Counted from the first letter of the stretch, positions 8,845 through 18,790 are shown. The stretch is 53,287 bases of DNA from a virus (IMGVR_UViG_3300005096_000121:1-53287), one strand, 5' to 3'. Program-made: numbers and translations. The notes: generated by a model not told the origin, from the sequence alone.

Positions 8845-9204
8845 CTAGTGAGGTTTACGAGGGACATCGATAGCATTGCCATCTTTGTCATAGAACAGAA
8901 CTTGATATTCTGAATCGACTGGACCAACATGATTGGAAGGAACATTGATGATGTTACTAGTCTGACTTCCAAAGTAGAAAGCACCACCAACTGCTGCCAC
9001 TGCTAGTAACTCTTTCCAACCAACTCCGTTGATTGTTGTGGTAGTTTTGGGAGAGATGTTCATGTCATCATCCCCGATATCTAATGCCTTGTGTGCTGAT
9101 CTAAGAAATAGCTTTCTCTTCTTGTCTTCACTCTCTTGATACTTACCATAGAGGTTTCCTTTGAGTCCTCCACTTCCGTAGATATCACTGTTTTCTTTTG
9201 ACAC
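8845..9204 (-). CDS. Hypothetical membrane-anchored protein
   Basis: One hydrophobic segment WKELLAVAAVGGAFYFG; GGAGG RBS. Confidence 0.65.
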   Translation of the reverse strand: MSKENSDIYGSGGLKGNLYGKYQESEDKKRKLFLRSAHKALDIGDDDMNISPKTTTTINGVGWKELLAVAAVGGAFYFGSQTSNIINVPSNHVGPVDSEYQVLFYDKDGNAIDVPRKPH

Positions 9205-9361
9205 GTTTAGTTCCTCCTACTTCGTCGACACGAAAGACTCTGGGACTGAGGACGATCTTTGCTAGAGTCTCACTCAATGCTCTAGTCTCTTTGAGTGTTA
9301 TGTCGTCCGGAGAGTAGTCATTGATAAGACGACTAAGCCGTATTAGAAGTTCCTGATCCAT
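9185..9361 (-). CDS. Small hypothetical protein (58 aa, MDQELLIRLSRLINDYSPDD...)
   Basis: Read by hand; fills the gap between neighbouring ORFs with short overlaps. Confidence 0.5.
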   Translation of the reverse strand: MDQELLIRLSRLINDYSPDDITLKETRALSETLAKIVLSPRVFRVDEVGGTKRVKRKQ

Positions 9362-9587
9362 AAAATTCTACTTTCTTGACGGAACCATCCTCATTGAATT
9401 CGATGGAACGCATAGTGTTTCCAAATTGCTTTGAACCATCGTTGTCAGCCATGAGACCAACCATCTCATCTTTGAATTGATCTCCCAACTCTAAAATATC
9501 GATTGCCTGGAGAGAGGTGATACGATCCCAATCCACCTCCTCCAGGCTTTCGATACTACGCTTCAATTCTTCTAGCAACTTCGCCAT
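9333..9587 (-). CDS. Small acidic hypothetical protein
   Basis: 84 aa ORF in tightly packed operon. Confidence 0.6.
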   Translation of the reverse strand: MAKLLEELKRSIESLEEVDWDRITSLQAIDILELGDQFKDEMVGLMADNDGSKQFGNTMRSIEFNEDGSVKKVEFYGSGTSNTA

Positions 9588-9590
9588 AGT

Positions 9591-9782
9591 TTAGCCATTC
9601 GTAGCGTTAGGCATACCAGTGGTGGCATAACGATTGGCTACCGACTGTTCGATATCCAACTCATCAAACTTACGATCTGCGATGATTGCTTGGCGAGATT
9701 GTTGCGAAACAAACGATTTGCCAAGAGCATCCACAGTAAGACCCTGCGAATTCTGCATCACCTCTTTGTTGTCAACTGCCAT
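9591..9782 (-). CDS. Small hypothetical protein (Q/S/A-rich, helical)
   Basis: 63 aa, AAGGAG RBS. Confidence 0.65.
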   Translation of the reverse strand: MAVDNKEVMQNSQGLTVDALGKSFVSQQSRQAIIADRKFDELDIEQSVANRYATTGMPNATNG

Positions 9783-9794
9783 CTTACTAACTCC

Positions 9795-10952
9795 TTACTT
9801 GGGAACTAAATCATAATAGACAGGAGGACCAAGTTCCCTTGTTGGTATCTCTGTCACGTCTTTCGACTTCGGCAACTGCTCTAATACTATAGCAACTATT
9901 TGTTCTATTTGTCTACTTGATATTTCAGCAGTCTTTCCAGTTTCTCCTCGCTCTCCCTTTTCACCTTGGATTCCTTGGATACCCGACTCTCCCTGATCCC
10001 CCTTTGCTCCCCTCGGCTCCCCCTGGATCTCCTTAGGCTTACAACAAGAGTCTGAACAAGACTTTTCTAGTCTTTCTAGCCTCTTCTTGTTGAATGATGT
10101 CTCCCTCCTGAGTTCTTCAATCCTCCGCATAATGTCATCCATATTTGTGTCTGGAACCCTAGATACGGGCTGCATACCCCGATTGGGGGGTAATAGAGGC
10201 TGTATTGGCCCAATCACTGGTCCTGGGTTGGGTGTTTCTACTAGCATAGGCTGAGAGGCTCTAGGAGCCATTCTACGGTAGCCTGGAGGAATGCAGCTAT
10301 TACCACGACAATCGAAGCCAGCACTCTGTAGGAAGGCCTTGAAGGGTTCTCCATGGCTACCGTAAGAGAATCCACTACCGGACTTACCCCAGTGGACCGC
10401 CACTAGATTCCCTCGATCATCAAAAACTCCACCTCCTGAATCTCCTGATCTGGTCTGAGCAGTAGTCATCAGGCTGGTCAAAGATTGATTGGACACACTC
10501 CCAAGAATGTTACCTGGAGAGGCTTGAAAAGTATTAGAGCTTCCATATCCACAAACAGATATCTGACCTTGTGGATTGAGATTTATTCCGACTGGATCAG
10601 CTTTTGGATTGAGAATTACCAAAAGAGATAAGTCAGCTTCTTTGTTCATTTTGTAGAGACTAGCTCCGTGAGAATACCCACCATCCATGATGACAGTGAC
10701 TTTTCCCACACCATCATCAAAGATGTGAGCACAAGTGAGAATCAATCCTTTGCTTCTGTCAGACTTGATATCCACAAGAGTTCCAGAACCGCCGTCAATC
10801 ATCCCACTGTTGTAGTTCGTAATTCTACAAGAAGCTTGTCTTGGTTCTGCTGCTCGCAGTAACGTACTGAACAGAACAAGAACAACAAGAAGACTAGCAA
10901 AACCTCTATAAAACCAATGATTATCTACTGTTTTCATCGCACTCCCTTTCAA
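9795..10952 (-). CDS. Exported trypsin-like serine protease with Pro-rich linker, coiled coil and collagen (Gly-X-Y) repeat
   Basis: Signal peptide; catalytic LTCAH, ADLSLL, RSGDSGGG; GAKGDQGESGIQGIQGEKGERGETGKT. Confidence 0.88.
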   Translation of the reverse strand: MKGSAMKTVDNHWFYRGFASLLVVLVLFSTLLRAAEPRQASCRITNYNSGMIDGGSGTLVDIKSDRSKGLILTCAHIFDDGVGKVTVIMDGGYSHGASLYKMNKEADLSLLVILNPKADPVGINLNPQGQISVCGYGSSNTFQASPGNILGSVSNQSLTSLMTTAQTRSGDSGGGVFDDRGNLVAVHWGKSGSGFSYGSHGEPFKAFLQSAGFDCRGNSCIPPGYRRMAPRASQPMLVETPNPGPVIGPIQPLLPPNRGMQPVSRVPDTNMDDIMRRIEELRRETSFNKKRLERLEKSCSDSCCKPKEIQGEPRGAKGDQGESGIQGIQGEKGERGETGKTAEISSRQIEQIVAIVLEQLPKSKDVTEIPTRELGPPVYYDLVPK

Positions 10953-10966
10953 TGAACTTAAAGAAT

Positions 10967-11434
10967 TCAGTCGGTTTTTCCTGGAGAAGGATGGGTGGGG
11001 GAAGCTAGTAGTAGTAGTGCGTACCCACCTAAATCTCTAATGGTGTCTTCCAAGGACTCTTCTACCTTCGGATTAGATTTCACGGTTAAGAGGTTATTCA
11101 TGCGGGCAATCTTATCTGACATTCGCACTAGGATTGCTTCGTTGTCTTTTAGGTGGGGTGCAAGGATCGGAGTATCCCAAACCGTACTTCCGTAGTCTAT
11201 GTTTTTCTTGAGCAGAGTTGTAATCCATTGAAGTCCTACAAGGGCAATTCTTTGCTGATCTTCTCCGAGTTCCCCGTGCAGTGCTTCATCTAAGAGGATG
11301 GTGTCTTCCCCGATTTGTGGGTACGTTTTGTCGAAGTTTTCTTCTTTCATCTTGGCCTTTATGTGATTGTCATAGGTCTTTATTTGTCTATTCGCATACT
11401 GAAACTCCCGAAATCCCATGAAACTGCTCTCCAA
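10967..11434 (-). CDS. DUF1599/nucleotide-modification-associated domain 1 (Nmad1)-like protein; real start probably downstream
   Basis: LLKKNIDYGS...ILVRMSDKIARM......ESLEDTIRDLGGYALL. Confidence 0.8.
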   Translation of the reverse strand: MESSFMGFREFQYANRQIKTYDNHIKAKMKEENFDKTYPQIGEDTILLDEALHGELGEDQQRIALVGLQWITTLLKKNIDYGSTVWDTPILAPHLKDNEAILVRMSDKIARMNNLLTVKSNPKVEESLEDTIRDLGGYALLLLASPTHPSPGKTD

Positions 11435-11579
11435 TTGGGTAGTTGTGCGTGACTGCGAAAGTTCAAGATACCGGGATTTTCACGGTTTGCAACCAAAAAA
11501 ATGCGAATTCCTAAATTTGTGCATTGATCTATCCCCCCTGAATAGGCTATCCTGCTGCGAAGTGGCTGCAAAATCTTAG

Positions 11580-12060
11580 ATGGGTTTTGTAGTCTGTAAG
11601 AAAGCTCAGTTAAGTAGATTTGTGATGTGACAAAGAAATGTGAGATCGGTCGTTACGATCCAATCGTACTTCCCTAAACAATTTCGGCACACCACGTAGC
11701 TACAACAAAACATTCCCAAGCCCGAATGTAAGGAGTCCGGAGACAGGCTTTACCGTGAGTCTGTTCAAAGCTGTGGCGTGAGTGACTAATAACTCCAAGC
11801 AATGTCCAATCCTGACAACTTGGCCGGTCCATAGGATCAGAGACATATACTCCTCTGATCCGTGAAATTTAATCTATTTGGATTAAACATATACTCGCGA
11901 TAAGCTTCTCAACTTGGACTGAGTGATTGCAACATAAAAGATATCCACTTGAAGGAAACCATGTTACTTTAATATGGACCGGATAATGGATACGGTTTGT
12001 CTACACTGTATTATTCCCTGTTGTTTCAGGTGAATTTTCTCTATAATCGAATGAAATCAT
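11580..12060. ncRNA. Long structured intergenic region between divergent units (possible ncRNA or origin/regulatory region)
   Basis: No long ORF; stems 11824-11833/11973-11982, 11834-11842/11853-11861, 11868-11874/11881-11887, 11742-11750/11757-11765. Confidence 0.4.
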
Positions 12061-12121
12061 TCTAATTTTCATTCCCAAGTAGCATTCATAATCTACTTAT
12101 ACATATCTGAGGAGCACAACA

Positions 12122-12535
12122 ATGTCCGATAAACCTAAAAGAAGAATAAAGAAGAAGGTGAAAGTGACGAGAGCAGCAAAGAAGGAGTTCTCAATATCCA
12201 AAATAGAACTGGTTGCGAGAAAGATATCTTCACGTACAGTGTCTCTGATTCCTAAAGAGCACATGACAGATGACAAGGGGGACAGAATGAAAGATAGAGT
12301 TCTGAATCGTAAGTTGGGGTTACTTACGGACTCTGTCTCTGAGGGCGTCTATGACATCCTCTACGCCTATAACAATGAGGTAGTAGAGTTTCTTGCATTT
12401 GCTTTGGTAAAGAGCAACACAATCTCTGTGAAGGTCACTAATGATAGTGGGCCGAAGACAGACATCAATCAGGACCGGCTAGCAGCCTTCCTAAAGACTC
12501 AACTAGACAAGTGGAGAAATTGCCCAGTTCACTGA
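12122..12535 (+). CDS. Hypothetical protein with basic N-terminal tail
   Basis: GAGGAG RBS; MSDKPKRRIKKKVKVTRAAKKE. Confidence 0.7.
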   Translation: MSDKPKRRIKKKVKVTRAAKKEFSISKIELVARKISSRTVSLIPKEHMTDDKGDRMKDRVLNRKLGLLTDSVSEGVYDILYAYNNEVVEFLAFALVKSNTISVKVTNDSGPKTDINQDRLAAFLKTQLDKWRNCPVH

Positions 12536-13908
12536 GCAAGACTGTCTGGTATGGTTTCTGAACTAGAGTTGTCGGAAGGAAGCATATAATTAAATGCCTT
12601 TGCAAAGAAGGTTTGAAATATTCCTGTTGAAAGTTGAAGATTGATAGCCGCATCGGCTCTATCTCCCAACTCAAGTTGATCAGTAATTTGTCCTCGTGAT
12701 ACTGCGTAAGCGTTCCCGTTGTAGTAGTGGGCAGGAGCCAGTATGGCTTCGTCTATTAGTGTCCAATCTCCTGCGAAGGGAGTTACTGCAATTGATAGGG
12801 TGACGGTGCTGACTACAATATCGAAAGGTAAGGAGAAGAATCTATAAGTAGTTTGCCAATCGTCATCAACAGCAGCGTATTGAGGATTTACGATTGCGGC
12901 ACTACTTGTATATGTTGATCCGTCTAATTTTGTTCCAGTAACGCTAACATCTATTGCGTCGGATTGAGAACCTGATTTTGTGTTAGTGTGATCTTCAGGT
13001 AAGATTTGATCTCCCACCTCTATGGACACAAAATAACCTTTGCCGGAGGTTAGATTGGTTATGGGTCTTGTAACTGTAATTGCTTGGTCTTTGATAACCA
13101 ACGACTTGTTGCCTCGGAACCCTATGTTGTACTCTCCATAATCGGTACCAGCGTTACCCCCTGTCACAGTCCAGCCTGTCGGCACGCCATTTACAAACTC
13201 TTCAAATTCAGAATTTGAATCGATGATATTTTCCGATGAAGAGATTGGTATATTTTCCGAGTTTCCGGGTGATTCGACCTCACTTCGGTAGGCTAAAGTC
13301 TCTGGGAATAGTGCTATCCATTTCAGTAGCTCTGATCCGTCATTGGGGGCTGACACACATTCTAAGTAGGTGGGAGTTAATCCTTCCGTTATTGTGCCCT
13401 CACTCTCTAGCTCGTTGTAATGACGTGACGCTGGCCAGTTTCGGGCTGGGGAGGATATACCATCTAATCCTGATCCGAAATTGGCCACTAAAATTTCTAT
13501 TGTTGGTTTGCTTGAGAATCCTGTGGCACTAGCTGTAGCTATTACAGAGTTTGCTTTGATTGTTTGTGATTGAGATTTCATGTCACTCATAATTTCATTT
13601 ATTATGGCATCAAAATCACTATCAAATAGCACAAGATTTTCTAGCACAAAACTACTGTCTGACATCACGGTTCTAACTTCGCCTGTGAGACTATCAGCCC
13701 ACCTTTCAACATCCCTTTTGAATAGCTCCATGGTGGGATGCAAGTTTGTCACTAAATGATTCAGACTATTTGCCTCTAAGATGTTCTCACAATCATTGAT
13801 ACCAATTTGAATTTTGTTAAAGAAGTCGCCATTGCTATTGGCAAAGATGTTTAATGTCTTCACATACTTACCAATCACAGTGAAGAAGGTGGTGTAGTTA
13901 AGTGCCAT
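12529..13908 (-). CDS. Probable virion protein with galactose-binding-like/CBM domain (paralog 1)
   Basis: NSEFEEF.NGVPTGWTV jelly-roll signature; N- and C-termini similar to the adjacent ORF. Confidence 0.65.
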   Translation of the reverse strand: MALNYTTFFTVIGKYVKTLNIFANSNGDFFNKIQIGINDCENILEANSLNHLVTNLHPTMELFKRDVERWADSLTGEVRTVMSDSSFVLENLVLFDSDFDAIINEIMSDMKSQSQTIKANSVIATASATGFSSKPTIEILVANFGSGLDGISSPARNWPASRHYNELESEGTITEGLTPTYLECVSAPNDGSELLKWIALFPETLAYRSEVESPGNSENIPISSSENIIDSNSEFEEFVNGVPTGWTVTGGNAGTDYGEYNIGFRGNKSLVIKDQAITVTRPITNLTSGKGYFVSIEVGDQILPEDHTNTKSGSQSDAIDVSVTGTKLDGSTYTSSAAIVNPQYAAVDDDWQTTYRFFSLPFDIVVSTVTLSIAVTPFAGDWTLIDEAILAPAHYYNGNAYAVSRGQITDQLELGDRADAAINLQLSTGIFQTFFAKAFNYMLPSDNSSSETIPDSLAQ

Positions 13909-13962
13909 GGTTGGCTCTCCTTAATAAATGAGTCGATTAAATTTCACGGTTCAGGGTAGGTA

Positions 13963-15297
13963 CTAGGTGGCAAGAGAGTCGGCAATAGTTGGGCTACCAG
14001 AAGTTGGAAGTTGCACTCCAAAACCTTTTCGGAAGTAGGACTGAATAACTCCTGCTTCGTTGTTGGTGATGGTCACTGCAAAACGATCTCCAACAGAGAA
14101 TTCATCAACTCCTCTTAGGATGGAGAAATTCACTCCATTGTGATAGGAGGGAGCACTGACAACCACTTCGTCTAAGTAAGCTACGGTAGGTGTCAATGCA
14201 AAATTATTTATCAGCACTTTCACATAGACATCATTGGGATCGTATTGGTCGTCTAAGTACCAATGTAGATAAGCAGGAACAAACACATCACTAGAGGATG
14301 CTGGTAAATTGATAGTAGTTGTCTTTGTAAAGTAGACAGTGCTACCATCTGAGTTTTCTACACTCAAAACAATATCCAAAGCACTACTGGCTGGATCAGC
14401 ATCATTCCTACCGACCTGCAAACTTGTCATGTAAAGTTTGTTGGGGACTGTGCTAAAGACTTGCTGCTTCAATGCAGTTCCCGAAGTGTTGATCCGCAAC
14501 GAAGACGAACCTCTAAAGACATACTTGGCGGCATTGTTCTCTAGGTAGTCCGTAGTAACAGTTCCCGTCATGGTCCAACTATCAGGAACATTCGTCGTAG
14601 TGAAAGTTTCAAAGTCACTGTTCCCCACACCCAACGAGGACGGGTCACTATTGGCTGTCTGAATACTTGGTCCAGGTCCAGCAGCTTCATCTTGGATTTG
14701 ATACCCAGCCGTCTTAGCTGCTGTCGAGAACAAGTTCCATGTCTCTTGCCCATCCGAAGCCTTAGCAACGCATAAGGCGTAGATGGTGTCACTGGGTACT
14801 GCCATCTGGCTAGTAAGTCCTCGATACTCTTTCGTGGCAATACCACCAAACAGGGGAGAAGTCACTCCATCAAGCGTGGTGTCAATGACCAAGTCTCCGA
14901 TGGTTGTGGAGGTCACATTATCGCTCACACTCCCCACACTAATCACGGACGCTGTCACACTGTCAGACTCGTCATTGATGTACTCGATCAGAGCAAGAAG
15001 GATGGAGTTCAAGTCTTCTCCCTGCACGGGAATTTGCTCCCGAACAAAGTCTCGATCCGTGATTATTTCGGAAACTAGACCATTCATTCGCTCAATCCAA
15101 AGCACCACATTTGCTTTGAATCCGTTAAAGAGGTTTGGAATTGGTCCGAATAATCGGGTCAAATTGTTAGATTCCAAAATAGTTTCAATATCATCACTTC
15201 CAGTTTGAATGGTGGAAAGTAATCCATTGAACACATTCACGTTCTTGATGTATTTACCCAGTACGGTAAAGAAAGTCGTGGTGTTGAGAGCCATCAT
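13963..15297 (-). CDS. Probable virion protein with galactose-binding-like/CBM domain (paralog 2)
   Basis: NSDFETFTTTNVPDSWT; MALNTTTFFTVLGKYIK vs MALNYTTFFTVIGKYVK. Confidence 0.65.
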   Translation of the reverse strand: MMALNTTTFFTVLGKYIKNVNVFNGLLSTIQTGSDDIETILESNNLTRLFGPIPNLFNGFKANVVLWIERMNGLVSEIITDRDFVREQIPVQGEDLNSILLALIEYINDESDSVTASVISVGSVSDNVTSTTIGDLVIDTTLDGVTSPLFGGIATKEYRGLTSQMAVPSDTIYALCVAKASDGQETWNLFSTAAKTAGYQIQDEAAGPGPSIQTANSDPSSLGVGNSDFETFTTTNVPDSWTMTGTVTTDYLENNAAKYVFRGSSSLRINTSGTALKQQVFSTVPNKLYMTSLQVGRNDADPASSALDIVLSVENSDGSTVYFTKTTTINLPASSSDVFVPAYLHWYLDDQYDPNDVYVKVLINNFALTPTVAYLDEVVVSAPSYHNGVNFSILRGVDEFSVGDRFAVTITNNEAGVIQSYFRKGFGVQLPTSGSPTIADSLAT

Positions 15298-15451
15298 AGT
15301 CTCCTTAGTTTTTCAGATAAAAAAGAGGCGAGTAAAGTAATACTTTCTTTCCCAGGAAAAAGCATTGACGTAACTTGTAGATTTGTAAAATTCATTACTG
15401 CTTAGAGATTATTATCTCAATAATTCAATCCTGAAACAAGTCAAGTCTTCT

Positions 15452-16615
15452 ATGTCGATTTTCAAAAAGAAAATTGTTACTCCTAAAGTCTACAGGGCAA
15501 ATACTCCGTTTAGTGGTGGCAAAGCAGTCACCGCTATGACGGTGGATAGGATTAAGAAGATTCACGATACTGCCAAGCAGATGATTGCTGACGGTATAAA
15601 AATCACTGCTCCATTTGCTCACAAAGATGAGAATGGAATCGTTCCTAAACCTCTTCTTGAAGGACAACTTGGAAGTTGGAATTCAGCCATCAATGGTGGT
15701 TACTGGAAGGACTTTGAGATCGATCCCGAAGACGGTGGTCTCATTGGTTTCTTGGATGCTCCAGGTGACTTAGACGATCTGAATACTCCCGCAGGTAAGG
15801 TTGGAAAAACCATACAAGAAACCTCAGTATTCCTTATGCCCGAATGGGAAGATGGTTTGGGAAAGACTAGAGAAGATGCTCTTTGGCACATTGCCTTGGT
15901 GGATGGTAAGGCAGTCGAATCAAATCAGAAGAATTTTGAGAAGGTAGAAGACCCAAAGCTTGCATTGGCTATGTCCTTCTCCATGTCGGATGCGATTGAT
16001 AACGATCCGACTCCAGAGCAGGGTGAGAACAAATCATCTTTAGTGATGAGTATCAAAGAGCAGTTAGAAGAGAAACTTGAGATTACGCTCTTGGAAGATA
16101 CTAATGAGACGAATTTTCTTGACAGGTTGTTGACTGTCCTTACTGCAATGAAATCAAAAAAGGAGGATGAAGACTTGACTCAAAAACCAGAAGGTGCTGA
16201 GCAAGTTTCTTCACCAATTGCCATGTCTGAACCTACTCCCGAAGTTATCGAGAAGAAAACCAATTCTCTCCTCTCCAGTCTTAATACTCACAAAAAGCTT
16301 GATTTGAAATCTCGACTAGGAGCACTCCAGTCGAAAGGTATTGTTGGCAAGAAACGAGCAGAAGACTGGGCAAATAAAATTGATGCTATCGCCATGTCAT
16401 TGAACGATTTTGATGACGATGGTAACTGTCCTCAGACAGCTATTGAGATGGCTATTGAAAACTTTGAGGAAGGTGGAATTTCTTTGCTTGATCCTCCTAA
16501 TGAGGATAAGCCCAAGAATGTTCACGGTGTAGAAGAACCTTCTGATATGGGTGTTGAAGAAGCTCTTCTGAGCAAAGAAGATGCGAATGAAGTTTATTCA
16601 ACCATGGGTCTGTAA
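15452..16615 (+). CDS. Prohead protease/scaffold protein (Mu gpI-like position)
   Basis: First gene of head operon; H (FAH), S (ETSV), HIALV motifs; acidic helical C-terminal scaffold. Confidence 0.65.
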   Translation: MSIFKKKIVTPKVYRANTPFSGGKAVTAMTVDRIKKIHDTAKQMIADGIKITAPFAHKDENGIVPKPLLEGQLGSWNSAINGGYWKDFEIDPEDGGLIGFLDAPGDLDDLNTPAGKVGKTIQETSVFLMPEWEDGLGKTREDALWHIALVDGKAVESNQKNFEKVEDPKLALAMSFSMSDAIDNDPTPEQGENKSSLVMSIKEQLEEKLEITLLEDTNETNFLDRLLTVLTAMKSKKEDEDLTQKPEGAEQVSSPIAMSEPTPEVIEKKTNSLLSSLNTHKKLDLKSRLGALQSKGIVGKKRAEDWANKIDAIAMSLNDFDDDGNCPQTAIEMAIENFEEGGISLLDPPNEDKPKNVHGVEEPSDMGVEEALLSKEDANEVYSTMGL

Positions 16616-16674
16616 CAAAGCCCGTAGATTTGTGACGAAGAAATAACCAACTCTTAATGTAAGAGGAAAGAACG

Positions 16675-17478
16675 ATGGCAAATGTATTTCAAGGCGAAAG
16701 CCTAGTACCCGGTATTCAAACTGAACGTCTCACTGTTGAGGCTCAACTTTACTTCGGTAGGATTGAGCAGCAACGGTTTCAAGGCGGAATCATTGACTCG
16801 ACTGCTTTGGACTCTGGTCATACGGATCAGACCAGTCAGTTACGTCCTGGATTGATTCTCGGCCTTATTCGATCAACCAACAAACTTGTGCAGTGGAGCC
16901 CTTACGCAATTGATGGTTCTCAGTACATTGCTGGATTCCTGAATCATCATCTTGATCTTGAACTTCACGGCACTGCTCAAGACCGATACAGCAACATGCT
17001 GTTCTATGGTGGCAATGCAAAGATGAGTGAAGTGCTTGTTCCTGGAGCGTCTGTTGCTGGAGTTTCTGGTAACGCTTATGAGTGGATCATTCGTGAACAG
17101 TTGAAGCATCGATTTGTCTTTGATGACGACATCTATGGTGAGTACACTTCAGACCACAAGATCAAAGAATTGGGTACTGATACCGCAGAAACTTTAGTCG
17201 CTGCGGATCACAATCTTACAGTAACTAATGTGGGTGGTACTGCCACTGCAACAGTGACGCTTCCTGCCCCACTACCTGGACTCAAGTTTAGGTTTGTTCA
17301 GAAGGCTGGAGAGATTCTTACTGTGGACAGTACAGCTACTGGTCAGTTTATGGACGGTACGGCTACTGCCGCTAATGATGCAACTATCGCAGCGACCAGT
17401 TTCAGTATGTTGGAAGTGGAAGGTGTTCGTTCTGCGACTGCTCCTACTTATCAATATCTAGTTAAGCGTTTGGTCTAA
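16675..17478 (+). CDS. Head decoration/capsid cement protein with C-terminal extra domain
   Basis: Between scaffold and MCP; L.PG.ILG......K...W.P.A.DGSQ...G.L resembles lambda gpD-like proteins. Confidence 0.7.
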   Translation: MANVFQGESLVPGIQTERLTVEAQLYFGRIEQQRFQGGIIDSTALDSGHTDQTSQLRPGLILGLIRSTNKLVQWSPYAIDGSQYIAGFLNHHLDLELHGTAQDRYSNMLFYGGNAKMSEVLVPGASVAGVSGNAYEWIIREQLKHRFVFDDDIYGEYTSDHKIKELGTDTAETLVAADHNLTVTNVGGTATATVTLPAPLPGLKFRFVQKAGEILTVDSTATGQFMDGTATAANDATIAATSFSMLEVEGVRSATAPTYQYLVKRLV

Positions 17479-17527
17479 GTTGATTGACAAATAAACAAGG
17501 CTACTTTACTAAAAAAGAGGAATAATC

Positions 17528-18691
17528 ATGGCCAATATTACGCTAGCCCAAATGCTGAAGTACGAGTTTGTTCTGGGAATTTTCTCCAGGCTTGCTTCTC
17601 CCGCAACTCAACTGAGTTCCTTCTACGGAATGCGACCAGAGTCTCCCGGCACAGAACGGGCACTCAATGGGCGTAATGTTGGTTGGGATATCTTCGATAA
17701 CACTCGAACGATGGCTAAGGCACGATCTCCTTATAGTGGTCCTGCTAGCACTCGTTTGAAGCCTACAGGTCATGTGTCTGCTACGCTCGTTCGACTCTAC
17801 GAGAAGATCGACATCATTCACGAGAAGGTTTACGGTACTCGTCCTCTGGGTGCTCAGTATGGAGACGTGGATCGTACTGGCCAGACTTATGTCGGTCGTC
17901 AGATCAAGTATGCGGCACAACGTACGCAAAACACTATGGAATTCATGGTGAGCCGCATGTTCCGTGGGGGTTTTGCTATCGAAGTGGATGGCGAAGATCA
18001 TTTTCTTCGAGAAAAGAATGCCGGAACTGTAAACGTAGATTACCAAATTCCTCCAAACAACATTGGTCGAGTACCTGAACTTGCCGGTGGTGATCCTGTC
18101 ATTGATGCAGATTGGGATGTTGCAACGACTGACATTGCAAGTCAGCTTCTCAATCTCAACAAGGTGTCGGAACGACTCTCGGGACTTCCTATCACTGAGT
18201 TCTGGATCAATTCCACAACTCTGGGATATCTCTACGAGAATAACCAACTTGCTTCTGTAGCAGGTTCTTCGGCTCGAATTTTTGATACTTTGACTGGACA
18301 AGAGATCAGCACTGTTGACGATGGAAGTCGCCCTTCCGGCATTACGGTAGTCTTCCGTGCGATGCCCCAGTACAAGTTCCATATCTATGATGCGGTGCTT
18401 AATGTTGATTCTCAAGTCGATAGTTCTGTCGAGTCTGACACCTCACTATTCATTCCTGATGGTCGATGCATTGCTACACCTCATCCAAGCATGACTGAGT
18501 GGCGAGGTACGGCAGTAGGTAGTGAACCTATCCGCGAGAATGACGAATCTGAAGTGGTCTATAAAGAAGGTTTCTCGTCCTGGAGCAAACGCATGAATGA
18601 TCCTCCGGGCGAAGAGCTACGAACACTGACTAACATTCTTCCCATCTTGTATATTCCTAGTGCGGTGTTCTACCTCACTGTCGATACGTAA
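17528..18691 (+). CDS. Major capsid protein (HK97 fold, lambda gpE-like)
   Basis: 387 aa, strong RBS, follows decoration gene, R.QNTMEFM.SR motif, ends LP.L..P.AV, followed by terminator. Confidence 0.85.
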   Translation: MANITLAQMLKYEFVLGIFSRLASPATQLSSFYGMRPESPGTERALNGRNVGWDIFDNTRTMAKARSPYSGPASTRLKPTGHVSATLVRLYEKIDIIHEKVYGTRPLGAQYGDVDRTGQTYVGRQIKYAAQRTQNTMEFMVSRMFRGGFAIEVDGEDHFLREKNAGTVNVDYQIPPNNIGRVPELAGGDPVIDADWDVATTDIASQLLNLNKVSERLSGLPITEFWINSTTLGYLYENNQLASVAGSSARIFDTLTGQEISTVDDGSRPSGITVVFRAMPQYKFHIYDAVLNVDSQVDSSVESDTSLFIPDGRCIATPHPSMTEWRGTAVGSEPIRENDESEVVYKEGFSSWSKRMNDPPGEELRTLTNILPILYIPSAVFYLTVDT

Positions 18692-18736
18692 GCCACGAAC
18701 ATAGAATGATTTGTGTGATGTGGAGGTTTTTCATTT

Positions 18737-18774
18737 CCCCTCTTAGCCTCTGCTCAGGTTAGGAGGGGTTTTTT
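18737..18774 (+). terminator. Intrinsic terminator after MCP
   Basis: CCCCTCTTAGCCT...AGGTTAGGAGGGG followed by TTTTTT. Confidence 0.85.
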
Positions 18775-18790
18775 ATAGAGAGAACAAGTC

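Noticed and set aside
9591-9782. RebB/R-body-like protein
   Set aside because: Only compositional resemblance; lacks the VNSQITDAVT signature and is single-copy
10967-11434. DNA hypermodification pathway (Nmad1 plus UDG)
   Set aside because: No accompanying thymidylate synthase-like, kinase, transferase or deazaguanine genes recognised
11713-11740. Twister-ribozyme-like CCCAAGCCC word
   Set aside because: Flanking conserved twister elements and stems could not be found
15365-15391. Sigma70 promoter for the head operon (TTGACG...TAAAAT)
   Set aside because: Spacer is only 15 nt; not supportable as a call
17543-18415. 290-aa antisense ORF inside the MCP gene
   Set aside because: Shadow ORF from codon bias; no motifs
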